Notes under the pieces: model-generated
What the model was told of the DNA's origin: nothing
Database searches by the model: none
What the model saw: the letters and a program-made list of their open reading frames with translations, nothing else
Origin: Anaerovorax odorimutans
Lineage (GTDB): Bacteria; Bacillota; Clostridia; Peptostreptococcales; JAAYPU01
NCBI GenBank assembly: GCA_016841185.1
Contig: JAENZQ010000001.1
Coordinates: forward strand, 95,565 to 159,564
Reading direction: 5' to 3'
DNA length: 64,000 nt
Position numbers and translations under genes: made by a program
In this document: positions 40,299 through 49,526 of the stretch, one piece after another
Numbering within the stretch: the first letter of the stretch is position 1
Layout: each line of letters begins with the position of its first letter

Positions 40299-42177
40299 AA
40301 GCTTCAGCCTCTTTCTTGATAATCAATCCTGTATAAGATGGTAATTGCAGTTCTATTGAAAATGCCTGCCCATGACAGGCCTGGTTTTCTGATGTATATT
40401 CCTTCTTAATAATATTACCTGTGCCTCCGTATTCTTTCTGATCTGTATTGAATACAATTTGATACTTCCCGGAATCAGGAACACCTACTCTGAAATAATC
40501 ATAGCTTACCGGTGTAAAACTAATGAGTACAATTACCTCTTCCTGGTTTCTTCCTTTCCGAATAAATGAAATGATACTTTGTTCGTTATTATTTACATCG
40601 ATCCATTGAAAACCATCCCATGAATGATCATTCGCCCATAGCGGCTCCTCTTTAAGATAGAAATGATTTATTTCCTGAACAAACAGATGGAATCTTTTGT
40701 GCATATCAAAATCCAGTATGCCCCAATCCAGAGAGCAATAGTATCGCCACTCAATAAACTGAGCAAATTCTGTTCCCATAAAAATCAATTTTTTTCCCGG
40801 ATGTGTCATTAGAAAGCAAAAAAAAGCCCTTAAGTTTGCAAACTTTTGCCAATAATCTCCCGGCATCTTTTCAATAACTGATTTTTTCCCATGTACCACT
40901 TCATCATGTGAAATTGCTAAAATAAAGTTTTCAGAAAAAGCATACATAAGAGAAAAAGTTATTAGATTATGGTGGTACTTTCTATAAATTGGCTGCAACT
41001 CCATATATCTTAAAATGTCATTCATCCAACCCATATTCCATTTATAGTTATAACCCAAGCCTCCCTCGGAAACCGGCCATGTGACCATGGGCCAGGCAGT
41101 CGCTTCTTCTGCTGCCATTATTACATCCGGATAGTATTTAAATATCACTGTATTGAGATGCCTCATAAATTCAATTGCTTCTAAATCCTCAGCACCGCCA
41201 TACCGGTTAGGTGCCCATTCTCCATCCTCTTTTCCATGATTCAGCAAAAGCATGCTGGATACACCATCTACCCTCATGCCGTCTATATGGTATTTCTCAA
41301 ACCAGAAAACAGCATTTGAAATAAGAAAACTGGAAACTTCACTTCTTGAAAAATCAAATTTATAGGTCCCCCACTCTCTATGCTGTTCTTTTTCAAAAAG
41401 TCCTGTGCCGTCAAAATTGGCCAGGTATTCCTCGTTAGGGCAAAAATGTCCCGGTACCCAGTCCAGAATAATACCGATATCATTGACATGGCATTTGTCA
41501 ATTAAATACATGAAATCCTCCGGTTTTCCATATCGGCTGGTCACAGAAAAATAACCCGAGCATTGGTATCCCCAAGATCCGTCAAATGGATGTTCCATAA
41601 TAGGAAGTACCTCAATATGCGTGTATCCCATACCTTTCACGTAGGGTATCAATTGCTCAGCAATTTCTCTGTACGAAAAAAGAGTCTCATCATTATGCCT
41701 TTTCCATGAACCTAAATGAACTTCATAAATATTGACAGGTCTATTAAATATTTTGCTCTCCCTGCGTTTTTTCATCCATTCTTTATCTTTCCATGTATAT
41801 CCATCGAGGGAATATACAACAGAAGCCGTAGCAGGTCTTACCTCAGAATAGAATGCATATGGATCTGTTTTAATTGCCATATCACCTTGGGATGGTTTAA
41901 TAGAATACTTATAAAGATAACCTGCTTTAACACCCGGTATGAATATGCTCCAAATACCACCCTGACTTATCCTTTTCATCAGGTGTCTTCTTCTGTCCCA
42001 ATCATTGAAATCTCCTATCACGGAAACCTCTTTTGCATAAGGTGCCCATAATGAAAATCGTACGCCATCGGTTTCATTTTCATTTGTAATATGTGCGCCT
42101 AACATTTCATAGCTGTGATAGTATTTACCTGTATGGAACAAATAGATATTTTCGTTATTGAAAAAATTGTTGCTCAT
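40279..42177 (-). CDS. glgB: 1,4-alpha-glucan branching enzyme
   Basis: IYEVHLGSW, SWGYQ, DWVPGHF, RVDGV, AEE, SHDEVVHGK. Confidence 0.96.
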   Translation of the reverse strand: MSNNFFNNENIYLFHTGKYYHSYEMLGAHITNENETDGVRFSLWAPYAKEVSVIGDFNDWDRRRHLMKRISQGGIWSIFIPGVKAGYLYKYSIKPSQGDMAIKTDPYAFYSEVRPATASVVYSLDGYTWKDKEWMKKRRESKIFNRPVNIYEVHLGSWKRHNDETLFSYREIAEQLIPYVKGMGYTHIEVLPIMEHPFDGSWGYQCSGYFSVTSRYGKPEDFMYLIDKCHVNDIGIILDWVPGHFCPNEEYLANFDGTGLFEKEQHREWGTYKFDFSRSEVSSFLISNAVFWFEKYHIDGMRVDGVSSMLLLNHGKEDGEWAPNRYGGAEDLEAIEFMRHLNTVIFKYYPDVIMAAEEATAWPMVTWPVSEGGLGYNYKWNMGWMNDILRYMELQPIYRKYHHNLITFSLMYAFSENFILAISHDEVVHGKKSVIEKMPGDYWQKFANLRAFFCFLMTHPGKKLIFMGTEFAQFIEWRYYCSLDWGILDFDMHKRFHLFVQEINHFYLKEEPLWANDHSWDGFQWIDVNNNEQSIISFIRKGRNQEEVIVLISFTPVSYDYFRVGVPDSGKYQIVFNTDQKEYGGTGNIIKKEYTSENQACHGQAFSIELQLPSYTGLIIKKEAEAYVRNPS

Positions 42178-42532
42178 ATGTCCTCCATGCTGCTTTCAGA
42201 AATCATACCAATATAAACATTATTCATACAATGGATGATTCATTCTTGATAATGAAGGTATTTTCTAAAAAATAGTTACAAAGGTTATCATTCTATTTTA
42301 AGGACTTTTTTATAAGCATTTTTTAAAACTTTTTGTTTTTATTAACGAAACTTTAGGATTTGAAGATGAAGGGACAAAAAATTACGAAAGATAAAAGATA
42401 ACATGTAACAGATAGGAATTGAGGTAGAAACTATGGGTATAACATAGTTTCAGATTGCAGACAATTGAATACTGTTGTATAAATATTCTTTAAACTGTGC
42501 CATAGTTTTCGACATCAACCAACCTTTAATCC

Positions 42533-44380
42533 TTAATATTCTTTATTTTTAAAAAATGCCAGAATATTTCGGGCTGCGGTTTTATTCATGCCTTCTGCTT
42601 GACATAATTCTTCCAGAGATGTATTTTTGATTTTTTCAACAGATCCAAAATGTTTTAATAGCGCATTTTTTCTTGCAGGACCAATGCCTTCTATTTCATC
42701 AAGAACCGAATGAACCATAGACTTGCCTCTCAGGCTTTTATGATAAGAAATTGCAAAGCGATGTGCCTCTTCCTGAATCTCTGAAATAAAAACAAAGACA
42801 TTCTTATCCTCCTGAATATTCAATTCCTTTCCATTAAAAACAAGATCACGGGTCCGATGTTTCTGATCCTTAATCATACCTGCCACAGGAATATCGATTT
42901 TAAGGACAGATAACACATCTTTAACTGCTTTAACTTGTTTATCTCCTCCGTCAATTAAAAGAAGATCCGGCATTTTAAGAAAACTGCTGTCACTGCTATG
43001 ATCCTGATCCTCATTCAGGATTCTTTTAAATCTCCTGAATATCACTTCCTGTAAGCTGCCATAGTCATTTGGTCCTTCTATGGTTTTTATCCTGAATCTT
43101 CTGTAATCGCTTTTTTTGGCTTTTCCATTTTCAAATACCACCATGGACCCTACGGAATCTACACCGCTGGTATTGGATATATCAAATGCCTCGATTCGCA
43201 CCGGCATCTTAACAAGGTTTAAATACTCTTTCAAGGATAAAAGGCGGCTTTCGGTTTTTAATCGATCCCGATTTAATTTTTCATCCAAAAGACTTGTCAA
43301 CTCTATAACATTTTTAACGGCCATATCCAAAAGCGCCTTTTTCTCTCCCTTTTTAGGTACGGATATCTTTACTCGATTGCCTTTACTTTCAGACAACCAC
43401 TGCTCTATGACATTCTTTTCATCAGGCTCATCACTTACAAGAATTTCCTTAGGAATAAATGATGTAGCAGAATAAAACTGCTTAATAAATGCCCCGGATA
43501 TCTCTTCAGGATTATCGTCTAAAGCAGCTTGGACGATATAGTTCTCTCTGCCGGTCAGCTTACCCCGACGGACAAAAAATACCATGGCATGACATTCTTT
43601 CTCTCCTTTTGAAACAGCAATCACATCTATATCGGATAATGAAGCCAGTATAATTTTCTGTTTTTCCATTAAAGACTGTATGGACTGTAAATAGTCTCTG
43701 TATTCTGCTGCCCGCTCAAAATCCATACCTTCCGAAGCCTTCATCATTTCGTCGGTCAAATGTCTTGTAATCTTTTCACTCTTCCCCTGAAGGAACTGGA
43801 TGATCTCGTCAATCATACGATCATAACCGGCTCTGTCAATTTCATTAAGGCAAGGGCCCAGACACTGGCCGATATGATAATTCAGGCATACGGAGTGATT
43901 TTTGTTAAAATGTGTACGGGAACATTTTTTCAGAGGATATATTTTATTCAAAAGATCAAGAATCTGATTGACGGCTCCCGCATCTGTATAAGGGCCGAAA
44001 TACTTCCCTCCGTCTTTATATACTTTTCTTGTTTTAAGGATACGCGGGTATTTCTCCATGGCCGTAACTTTAATATAGGGGAAAGATTTGTCATCCCGAA
44101 GCAATACATTATATTTTGGTTGATTTTTTTTGATCAAATTGCTTTCAAGCATCAGTGCTTCTATTTCAGAATCCGTAATGATGTATTCGAATTCTGAAAT
44201 ATTTGAAACCATTGCCTGAACTTTGGCTGTCTGGTTTTTTACAGATTGGAAATACTGCCGCACTCTATTTTTCAACGAAAGCGCTTTACCCACATAAATG
44301 ATTTCTCCATATTCGTTTTTCATCAAATATACTCCCGGTTTATCCGGCAGCTTTTTCAATTGTTCTCTGATGTTGAACAT
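42533..44380 (-). CDS. uvrC: Excinuclease ABC subunit C
   Basis: PGVYLM...YVGKA GIY-YIG, FERAAEYRD UVR, IEAFDIS, IDGG, C-terminal HhH. Confidence 0.97.
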   Translation of the reverse strand: MFNIREQLKKLPDKPGVYLMKNEYGEIIYVGKALSLKNRVRQYFQSVKNQTAKVQAMVSNISEFEYIITDSEIEALMLESNLIKKNQPKYNVLLRDDKSFPYIKVTAMEKYPRILKTRKVYKDGGKYFGPYTDAGAVNQILDLLNKIYPLKKCSRTHFNKNHSVCLNYHIGQCLGPCLNEIDRAGYDRMIDEIIQFLQGKSEKITRHLTDEMMKASEGMDFERAAEYRDYLQSIQSLMEKQKIILASLSDIDVIAVSKGEKECHAMVFFVRRGKLTGRENYIVQAALDDNPEEISGAFIKQFYSATSFIPKEILVSDEPDEKNVIEQWLSESKGNRVKISVPKKGEKKALLDMAVKNVIELTSLLDEKLNRDRLKTESRLLSLKEYLNLVKMPVRIEAFDISNTSGVDSVGSMVVFENGKAKKSDYRRFRIKTIEGPNDYGSLQEVIFRRFKRILNEDQDHSSDSSFLKMPDLLLIDGGDKQVKAVKDVLSVLKIDIPVAGMIKDQKHRTRDLVFNGKELNIQEDKNVFVFISEIQEEAHRFAISYHKSLRGKSMVHSVLDEIEGIGPARKNALLKHFGSVEKIKNTSLEELCQAEGMNKTAARNILAFFKNKEY

Positions 44381-44455
44381 AGCTTTTCGCAGCGCTCCTT
44401 TCGAAATAACAAAAATGCAAGTGCAAGTGGTTCGGAGTCCGAAGTTCAGAGAAAA

Positions 44456-44761
44456 TTACATTCCTTTATTTGTTATAAGTTCCGAATCCCCCTCAACCAG
44501 AACACTGCCGTTATCTTCTATTATACAGTCTTCAGTTGAAATATTACTGCTGCCGTAAACAGTAAACACCGAATCCATACCGGTATAATAATCCTTTTCA
44601 TTGGACTTTATTTCTACATCTTTGAAAAGAATGTCATTGCATGCCTCTAACTTCCGCCCCGGAAAAATACCGAAGGGCAAGCCTAATTTATTTATCATGT
44701 TTTTTATTCTATTATACATATAGATTTCTGTAATAACAATTGCATCCTTATTTGTAATCAT
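44456..44761 (-). CDS. Hypothetical protein or gene remnant
   Basis: 101-aa ORF with no clear RBS; C-terminal half has beta-strand-like periodicity. Confidence 0.3.
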   Translation of the reverse strand: MITNKDAIVITEIYMYNRIKNMINKLGLPFGIFPGRKLEACNDILFKDVEIKSNEKDYYTGMDSVFTVYGSSNISTEDCIIEDNGSVLVEGDSELITNKGM

Positions 44762-44777
44762 ATTTTGTCTTTATCAT

Positions 44778-44807
44778 AAAAAAACATCACTTAGAAAGTG
44801 ATGCTTT
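44778..44807 (-). terminator. Terminator after NifB/NifX gene
   Basis: CATCACTT/AAGTGATG stem with a T7 run on the minus strand. Confidence 0.65.
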
Positions 44808-44841
44808 GAATTTGCTCTGGTATTATGGAGTTTTCATAATC

Positions 44842-45198
44842 CTATTCATTGCAATGTCCTTCATGTTGGTGCTCATTGCATATACTTCCGGTAGATTTAA
44901 GTTCTCCCTTTATGTACTGCTTGACAGCCTCTTCGGATAAGCCCCGGGCGCCTGTTATAACCTCTATATTGTTTCCATTAAAAAGTTGCTGGGCGGTTTC
45001 ACCCATTCCGCCGGCAATAATAGCATCTACATTCAAGCCCTTTAAGAATACCGGCAGAAAGCCCGGTTTATGCCCCGGATTTTCCTTAAATTCTTGTTTG
45101 ACGATCTGTTTCTCTTCAACCTGATAAATGTTGAATCCCTCACAATGTCCGAAATGTGCACTCACAGACTTCCCATCGGACGCAACTGCTATGATCAT
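44842..45198 (-). CDS. NifB/NifX-family Fe-Mo cofactor-binding-like protein
   Basis: VSAHFGHCEGF, IAGGMG, C-terminal His/Cys tail. Confidence 0.85.
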   Translation of the reverse strand: MIIAVASDGKSVSAHFGHCEGFNIYQVEEKQIVKQEFKENPGHKPGFLPVFLKGLNVDAIIAGGMGETAQQLFNGNNIEVITGARGLSEEAVKQYIKGELKSTGSICNEHQHEGHCNE

Positions 45199-45215
45199 TA
45201 AATCCCCTCCATTTA

Positions 45216-46037
45216 CTATTTCCCTAAAGCTTTAAGAGCTTTCTCGGCAATAGGGTCAAATATATCTTCTATCTGGCGATAATCTGAATTTGCAATGTTT
45301 GAAATGCTTCCGGTCATAGGAAGCTCTCCCAACAGTTCCAGACCCGTTTGCTTGAGGAAATCTTCCGTATCTTCAGAATCAAATAATTTGATTTTTCCGC
45401 CACAGTCCGGACAAATCATATAACTCATATTCTCTATGACGCCAAGAACTTCTATGTTCATGGTTTTTGCCATATTAACTGCTTTTGAAACAATCATGGA
45501 AACCAGTTTTTGCGGAACAGATACCATTACAAGGCCGTTAATAGGAATGGATTGCATAACCGTCAATGCCACATCCCCTGTACCGGGAGGCAAGTCTATA
45601 ATTAGATAATCAAGTTCTTCCCAAAGAACATGGGTCCAGAATTGCTTTACCGTCCCTGAAATAATAGGACCCCTCCATATCACCGGTTGATTTTCATCAT
45701 CCATCAAAAGATTTAGAGACATTACTTTGATATGATCTTCGGTTTCTATGGGATAAATAATTTCTTCCGTGCCTCCGGCTTTTTTATCATTTATTCCAAG
45801 CAGACGAGGTATACTGGGACCGGTTATATCTGCATCCAAAATACCCACCGAATAGCCTTGTTTTATTAGATATTTTGCCAAAAGAATGGATATGGTAGAT
45901 TTTCCGACACCACCCTTTCCGCTCATAACACCTATTACATTCTTTATAGAATTCAAAGGATTATTCTCAATAGCACAGGAAGCCTTTTTCTCATCTGAGC
46001 AAGATTCCTTTGTTGGGCAAGAATTGCAACTTGACAT
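45216..46037 (-). CDS. Mrp/ApbC/NBP35 Fe-S cluster carrier ATPase
   Basis: SGKGGVGKS, DADITGPS, WRGP, DLPPGTGD, ENMS..CPDC. Confidence 0.92.
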   Translation of the reverse strand: MSSCNSCPTKESCSDEKKASCAIENNPLNSIKNVIGVMSGKGGVGKSTISILLAKYLIKQGYSVGILDADITGPSIPRLLGINDKKAGGTEEIIYPIETEDHIKVMSLNLLMDDENQPVIWRGPIISGTVKQFWTHVLWEELDYLIIDLPPGTGDVALTVMQSIPINGLVMVSVPQKLVSMIVSKAVNMAKTMNIEVLGVIENMSYMICPDCGGKIKLFDSEDTEDFLKQTGLELLGELPMTGSISNIANSDYRQIEDIFDPIAEKALKALGK

Positions 46038-46210
46038 GACATCACCTCTTTAATAATTATTATTACATCTGCACCATAAAATATATACTTAATTTTTATT
46101 ACTGTCAAATGCCAATAATTCTGTCAACCAACTCTTTTTTTAATCTCATACAGCACATGTATCTCGTAAATTAAGATTCGCATCCCTAACTTCTTCTTAA
46201 AATCAGAAAT

Positions 46211-46885
46211 CTATTCAGCTACTTCTTTCTTCTTTGCCTTGATTTTTTTATACAATAACCGTATATCATCATCGATATAACGGTGTTTAACTTCGTCCAC
46301 ATTAAAATTAAACAATTTAAAAGCAAATTGGACAAAATAGCCCACCGTAGTAGCTGTAATAACAGTCCCGATGCCAATACTGCCTCCTAAGAAATAGCCT
46401 GCAATTGAAACGATAATTTCAATGGTATTTCGAACAAGTCTGACTGATTTTCCGGTTTTTTTAATAAATACCACCATCAGCCCATCCCGGGGGCCTGCTC
46501 CCCATCCGGTCCCGATATAGAAATAGCTGGCAATACCAATAACAAACAATCCTAACAGCATCATCAGGATTCCAATAATAAAATGATTGCTTTCCGGTAT
46601 CACGTTATTGAGCATTAAAAAGTCCATAAAAAGACCGACCAATACCATATTGCACAAGGTACCCCATCCTGCCTTTTCTTTCATAAAGATATTAAAAAGT
46701 ACGATAACCAATCCTACTAAAATACTTGTCTGCCCCATGGTCATATGGATCACCTTGCTTAATCCCTGATGAAAAATATCCCATGGCTGAAGACCTATAT
46801 TTGCATTTATTGTAAGAACTATTCCTACTGCGAACAAAAAAAGACCGAATATTAATCTTATTATTTTATAAATGGCTGTCTTCAA
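46211..46885 (-). CDS. YczE/YyaS/YitT-family membrane protein
   Basis: GLQPWDIFHQG, GAGPRDGLM, GGSIGIGT. Confidence 0.82.
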   Translation of the reverse strand: MKTAIYKIIRLIFGLFLFAVGIVLTINANIGLQPWDIFHQGLSKVIHMTMGQTSILVGLVIVLFNIFMKEKAGWGTLCNMVLVGLFMDFLMLNNVIPESNHFIIGILMMLLGLFVIGIASYFYIGTGWGAGPRDGLMVVFIKKTGKSVRLVRNTIEIIVSIAGYFLGGSIGIGTVITATTVGYFVQFAFKLFNFNVDEVKHRYIDDDIRLLYKKIKAKKKEVAE

Positions 46886-46928
46886 TGATATATCTCCTAT
46901 TTTTCTGAAGAATTATTGTGTTTATCCA

Positions 46929-47870
46929 TTATTTGCTTAATGGGGTAACACGCTCGCTTTCTATAATCTCTTCCTCTTTTTTAGCTTTTAATGTTAACAG
47001 GCATACGGACCCGATAACAATAGCGCCGCCCAGAAGCTGACTTGGTGTTACAATTTCATCTAAGATAAAAAAGCTGGATATTACTGTTATCACCGGTACA
47101 AAGTTTACAAAAAGTGTTGTCAGCATAACCCCTAAACGGTCCAAAGCAAAAACATATAAGAAATATGCCGCTGCTGAACAACATAATGCCAAAAACAGGA
47201 CATTCGTTATAATAATACCATCCAACACACCGTCTTTCGGAAAGTTTAAAACAGCAAAAGGTGCCAATGCAATGGTTCCAAACAAAATTTGATAAAATGT
47301 AATGGTTAATCCTGAATACTTTTTATATAAAGGTTTAATTATAAAATTTGTCGACACCCAGGACAAGGCTGCTCCGAACATAAAAATGTATCCAAGGAAA
47401 TGCCCGGAAAACTCAATTTCAGATTCATTTCCTGTCACAATCAAAAATACACCTGCCACTGAAAGTAAAACACTGACTACTTTTTTTGCAGTCAATTTGG
47501 ATTTATTGATAAAACAATCCCCAATCAGTGCAAAAACAGGCACCGAAGCAATAATCATGGAAGCCAGTGAAGCAGAAGTAAGCTTAATTCCATTGTTTTC
47601 AAAAGTAAAATACAAAGCAACACCTATAACACCTGCAGAAACAAACCGGGGTAAATCTTCCTTTTCCGGTTTCTGCGCTTTTCCTTTGAAAATAAAAATG
47701 ATGAATAACGCAACCGAAGCAATGAAAAATCTTGTAAAAGCCAGAGTAAGAGGCGTAAATACATTCAATGCTATCTTGGAGCTCATATAGGATATTCCCC
47801 AAAAAAGACATGCAGTAACAATTGCAAAAATTGCTGTAACATTCGTGTTCAAAATACTATTCTCCTTCAT
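46929..47870 (-). CDS. DMT/EamA-family transporter
   Basis: About 10 TM segments; FWG, LAFTRF, PV..., GGAIV repeats. Confidence 0.88.
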   Translation of the reverse strand: MKENSILNTNVTAIFAIVTACLFWGISYMSSKIALNVFTPLTLAFTRFFIASVALFIIFIFKGKAQKPEKEDLPRFVSAGVIGVALYFTFENNGIKLTSASLASMIIASVPVFALIGDCFINKSKLTAKKVVSVLLSVAGVFLIVTGNESEIEFSGHFLGYIFMFGAALSWVSTNFIIKPLYKKYSGLTITFYQILFGTIALAPFAVLNFPKDGVLDGIIITNVLFLALCCSAAAYFLYVFALDRLGVMLTTLFVNFVPVITVISSFFILDEIVTPSQLLGGAIVIGSVCLLTLKAKKEEEIIESERVTPLSK

Positions 47871-47955
47871 ATCTTTATATCATTCTTATCATGAAAAAAC
47901 ATTTTTTTAAACCTTATGTTTAAGTATACAACATTTGCTGATAAAATTTTCATTT

Positions 47956-49008
47956 TTATATAATTTTTTCTAAAGCTTTAATAAACACCTGCATTTCTCT
48001 ATCTGTTCCTATCGTCACTCTCATAAAATTATTGATCCTTGGTTTATTAAAAAATCGAATCAATATGCCCCTGTCTCTGAGTTTTTTAAAAATAAATTCT
48101 GCCTCCAATTTTTTGTGAGAAATAAAGATAAAATTGGATTTGGAATCCATAACTATAAAATTTAAAGCTTTTAAAGCCTGAATGGTTCTTTCACGGGTTT
48201 GGATAATTTTCTTTTTTGTCTCCTGAAAATAAGAATCATCTTTTAAAGCCGCAACTGCACCTGCCAGAGCAACCCGGTCCAGAGTATAGGAATTAAAAGA
48301 ATTTTTTATCCGATCAAGCCCGCTGATCAGTTCTTCACTACCAAAAGCAAAACCTACTCTTAATCCTGCAAGAGAACGAGCTTTGGATAAAGTATGGATC
48401 ACCAGCAGATTAGCATATTGATTTAACAGAGAAATGCAGGTGTTTCCTCCAAAATCTATATAAGCTTCATCTATTATAACAACATTCTTACTATTGCTTT
48501 TCAATATTTCTTCTATCTTATTCGTATCGAGATATTTGGATGTAGGTGCATTTGGGTTTGGAATGATTATTCCTCCGTCCGCTTTAAAATAATCTGCCGC
48601 ATCAATCTCAAAATCCTTATTCAAAGGAATTTCCTCATATGCAACGTTGAAAAGACCGGCATACACCGGATAAAAACTGTAAGTAATATCAGGAAAAAAT
48701 ATCTTTTTACCTGCAAAAAAAGCTCCGAAGCTGAATGCCAGAACCTCATCCGAACCATTCCCGACAAAAATCTGTTTATGCTTCATACCGTAACAATCCG
48801 AAACCGTCTTTCTGAGATCTTCACACTCCGGATCAGGGTATAATCTCAAATCCTCATTTGCAGCTTCCCGAATGGCTTTTATTACTTCTGGAGAAGGCGG
48901 ATAAGGATTTTCGTTTGTATTCAATTTAATATATTTTTTATTCTTGGGCTGTTCTCCAGGCACATAAGGCTCTAATCCTTTTACCAATTCAGAAAAAAAA
49001 TCGTTCAA
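47956..49008 (-). CDS. hisC: Histidinol-phosphate aminotransferase
   Basis: KLNTNENPY, GNGSDE, NPNAPT, DEAY, TLSKARSLAGLRVG. Confidence 0.9.
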   Translation of the reverse strand: MNDFFSELVKGLEPYVPGEQPKNKKYIKLNTNENPYPPSPEVIKAIREAANEDLRLYPDPECEDLRKTVSDCYGMKHKQIFVGNGSDEVLAFSFGAFFAGKKIFFPDITYSFYPVYAGLFNVAYEEIPLNKDFEIDAADYFKADGGIIIPNPNAPTSKYLDTNKIEEILKSNSKNVVIIDEAYIDFGGNTCISLLNQYANLLVIHTLSKARSLAGLRVGFAFGSEELISGLDRIKNSFNSYTLDRVALAGAVAALKDDSYFQETKKKIIQTRERTIQALKALNFIVMDSKSNFIFISHKKLEAEFIFKKLRDRGILIRFFNKPRINNFMRVTIGTDREMQVFIKALEKII

Positions 49009-49102
49009 TTATATCACCGCTCTTCGTTTGATTTCATGAATTGATTATAACCATTTATAAGCTGAATATCAATTCTTATCCTCAAGAATCCTCTTCATTA
49101 AT

Positions 49103-49131
49103 TTGACAATCAGAATCAAAGCCGATATAAT
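49103..49131 (+). promoter_or_regulatory. Consensus sigmaA promoter
   Basis: TTGACA-17 bp-TATAAT, a perfect consensus. Confidence 0.85.
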
Positions 49132-49137
49132 ACAAAC

Positions 49138-49401
49138 TGTTAATTTTGAATAAGAAACATGAAGTAGGTTATAGGAGTAATTGGGTTACGAGTCTTAATA
49201 TGTTGCAAAACAGATTAAGATAAGTTGCTTCATAAAGATGAAACTATAGCTGAAAAATGATTTTAGAACTGGAGTCTGCACAGGTACGAAAAGGAAATGT
49301 GCTATACTATCATTTCGATGGTATAATGGATAGTCTTTTAAAAGGCGAAACTTAGGCATTCTAACTCTATTATTTATAATATAGTTAGAATTCTTTTTTT
49401 T
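49138..49401 (+). ncRNA. Candidate structured ncRNA or cis-regulatory leader upstream of opuA
   Basis: Starts at a perfect promoter, has multiple stems, has no substantial plus-strand ORF, and ends at a terminator. Confidence 0.45.
49359..49401 (+). terminator. Rho-independent terminator ending the candidate RNA
   Basis: TTCTAACT-TATTAT/ATAATA-AGTTAGAA stem followed by TTCTTTTTTTT. Confidence 0.6.
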
Positions 49402-49484
49402 GACAAAAATCATACTTATGAAGCTTTGAATACATATAATGTATATTTTGAAATAAATGGCAAAAAATAAATTGTCTTTATATA

Positions 49485-49504
49485 ACTTAACTATATAGTT
49501 AAGT
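49485..49504. promoter_or_regulatory. Perfect 20-bp palindrome, probable operator of opuA
   Basis: ACTTAACTATATAGTTAAGT, overlapping a possible -10 (TATAGT; TTGTCT 16 bp upstream). Confidence 0.6.
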
Positions 49505-49526
49505 GATTAAAATTTGAAGAAGGTGG

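Noticed and set aside
44376-44387. Possible LexA box at the uvrC start
   Set aside because: GAACATAGCTTT has only one good half-site.
47302-47790. 162-aa plus-strand ORF, and the many similar short overlapping ORFs in the track
   Set aside because: Antisense or alternate-frame shadows of well-supported genes, with no RBS or motifs.
49269-49358. Resemblance to a c-di-AMP riboswitch 5' part, SRP helix 8 (CAGG...GAAA) or a hammerhead (CGAAAC)
   Set aside because: Lacks the CCCGnCAGCUAAC core, the paired SRP tetraloop stem with AGCAG, and CUGAnGA respectively; left as an unassigned RNA.
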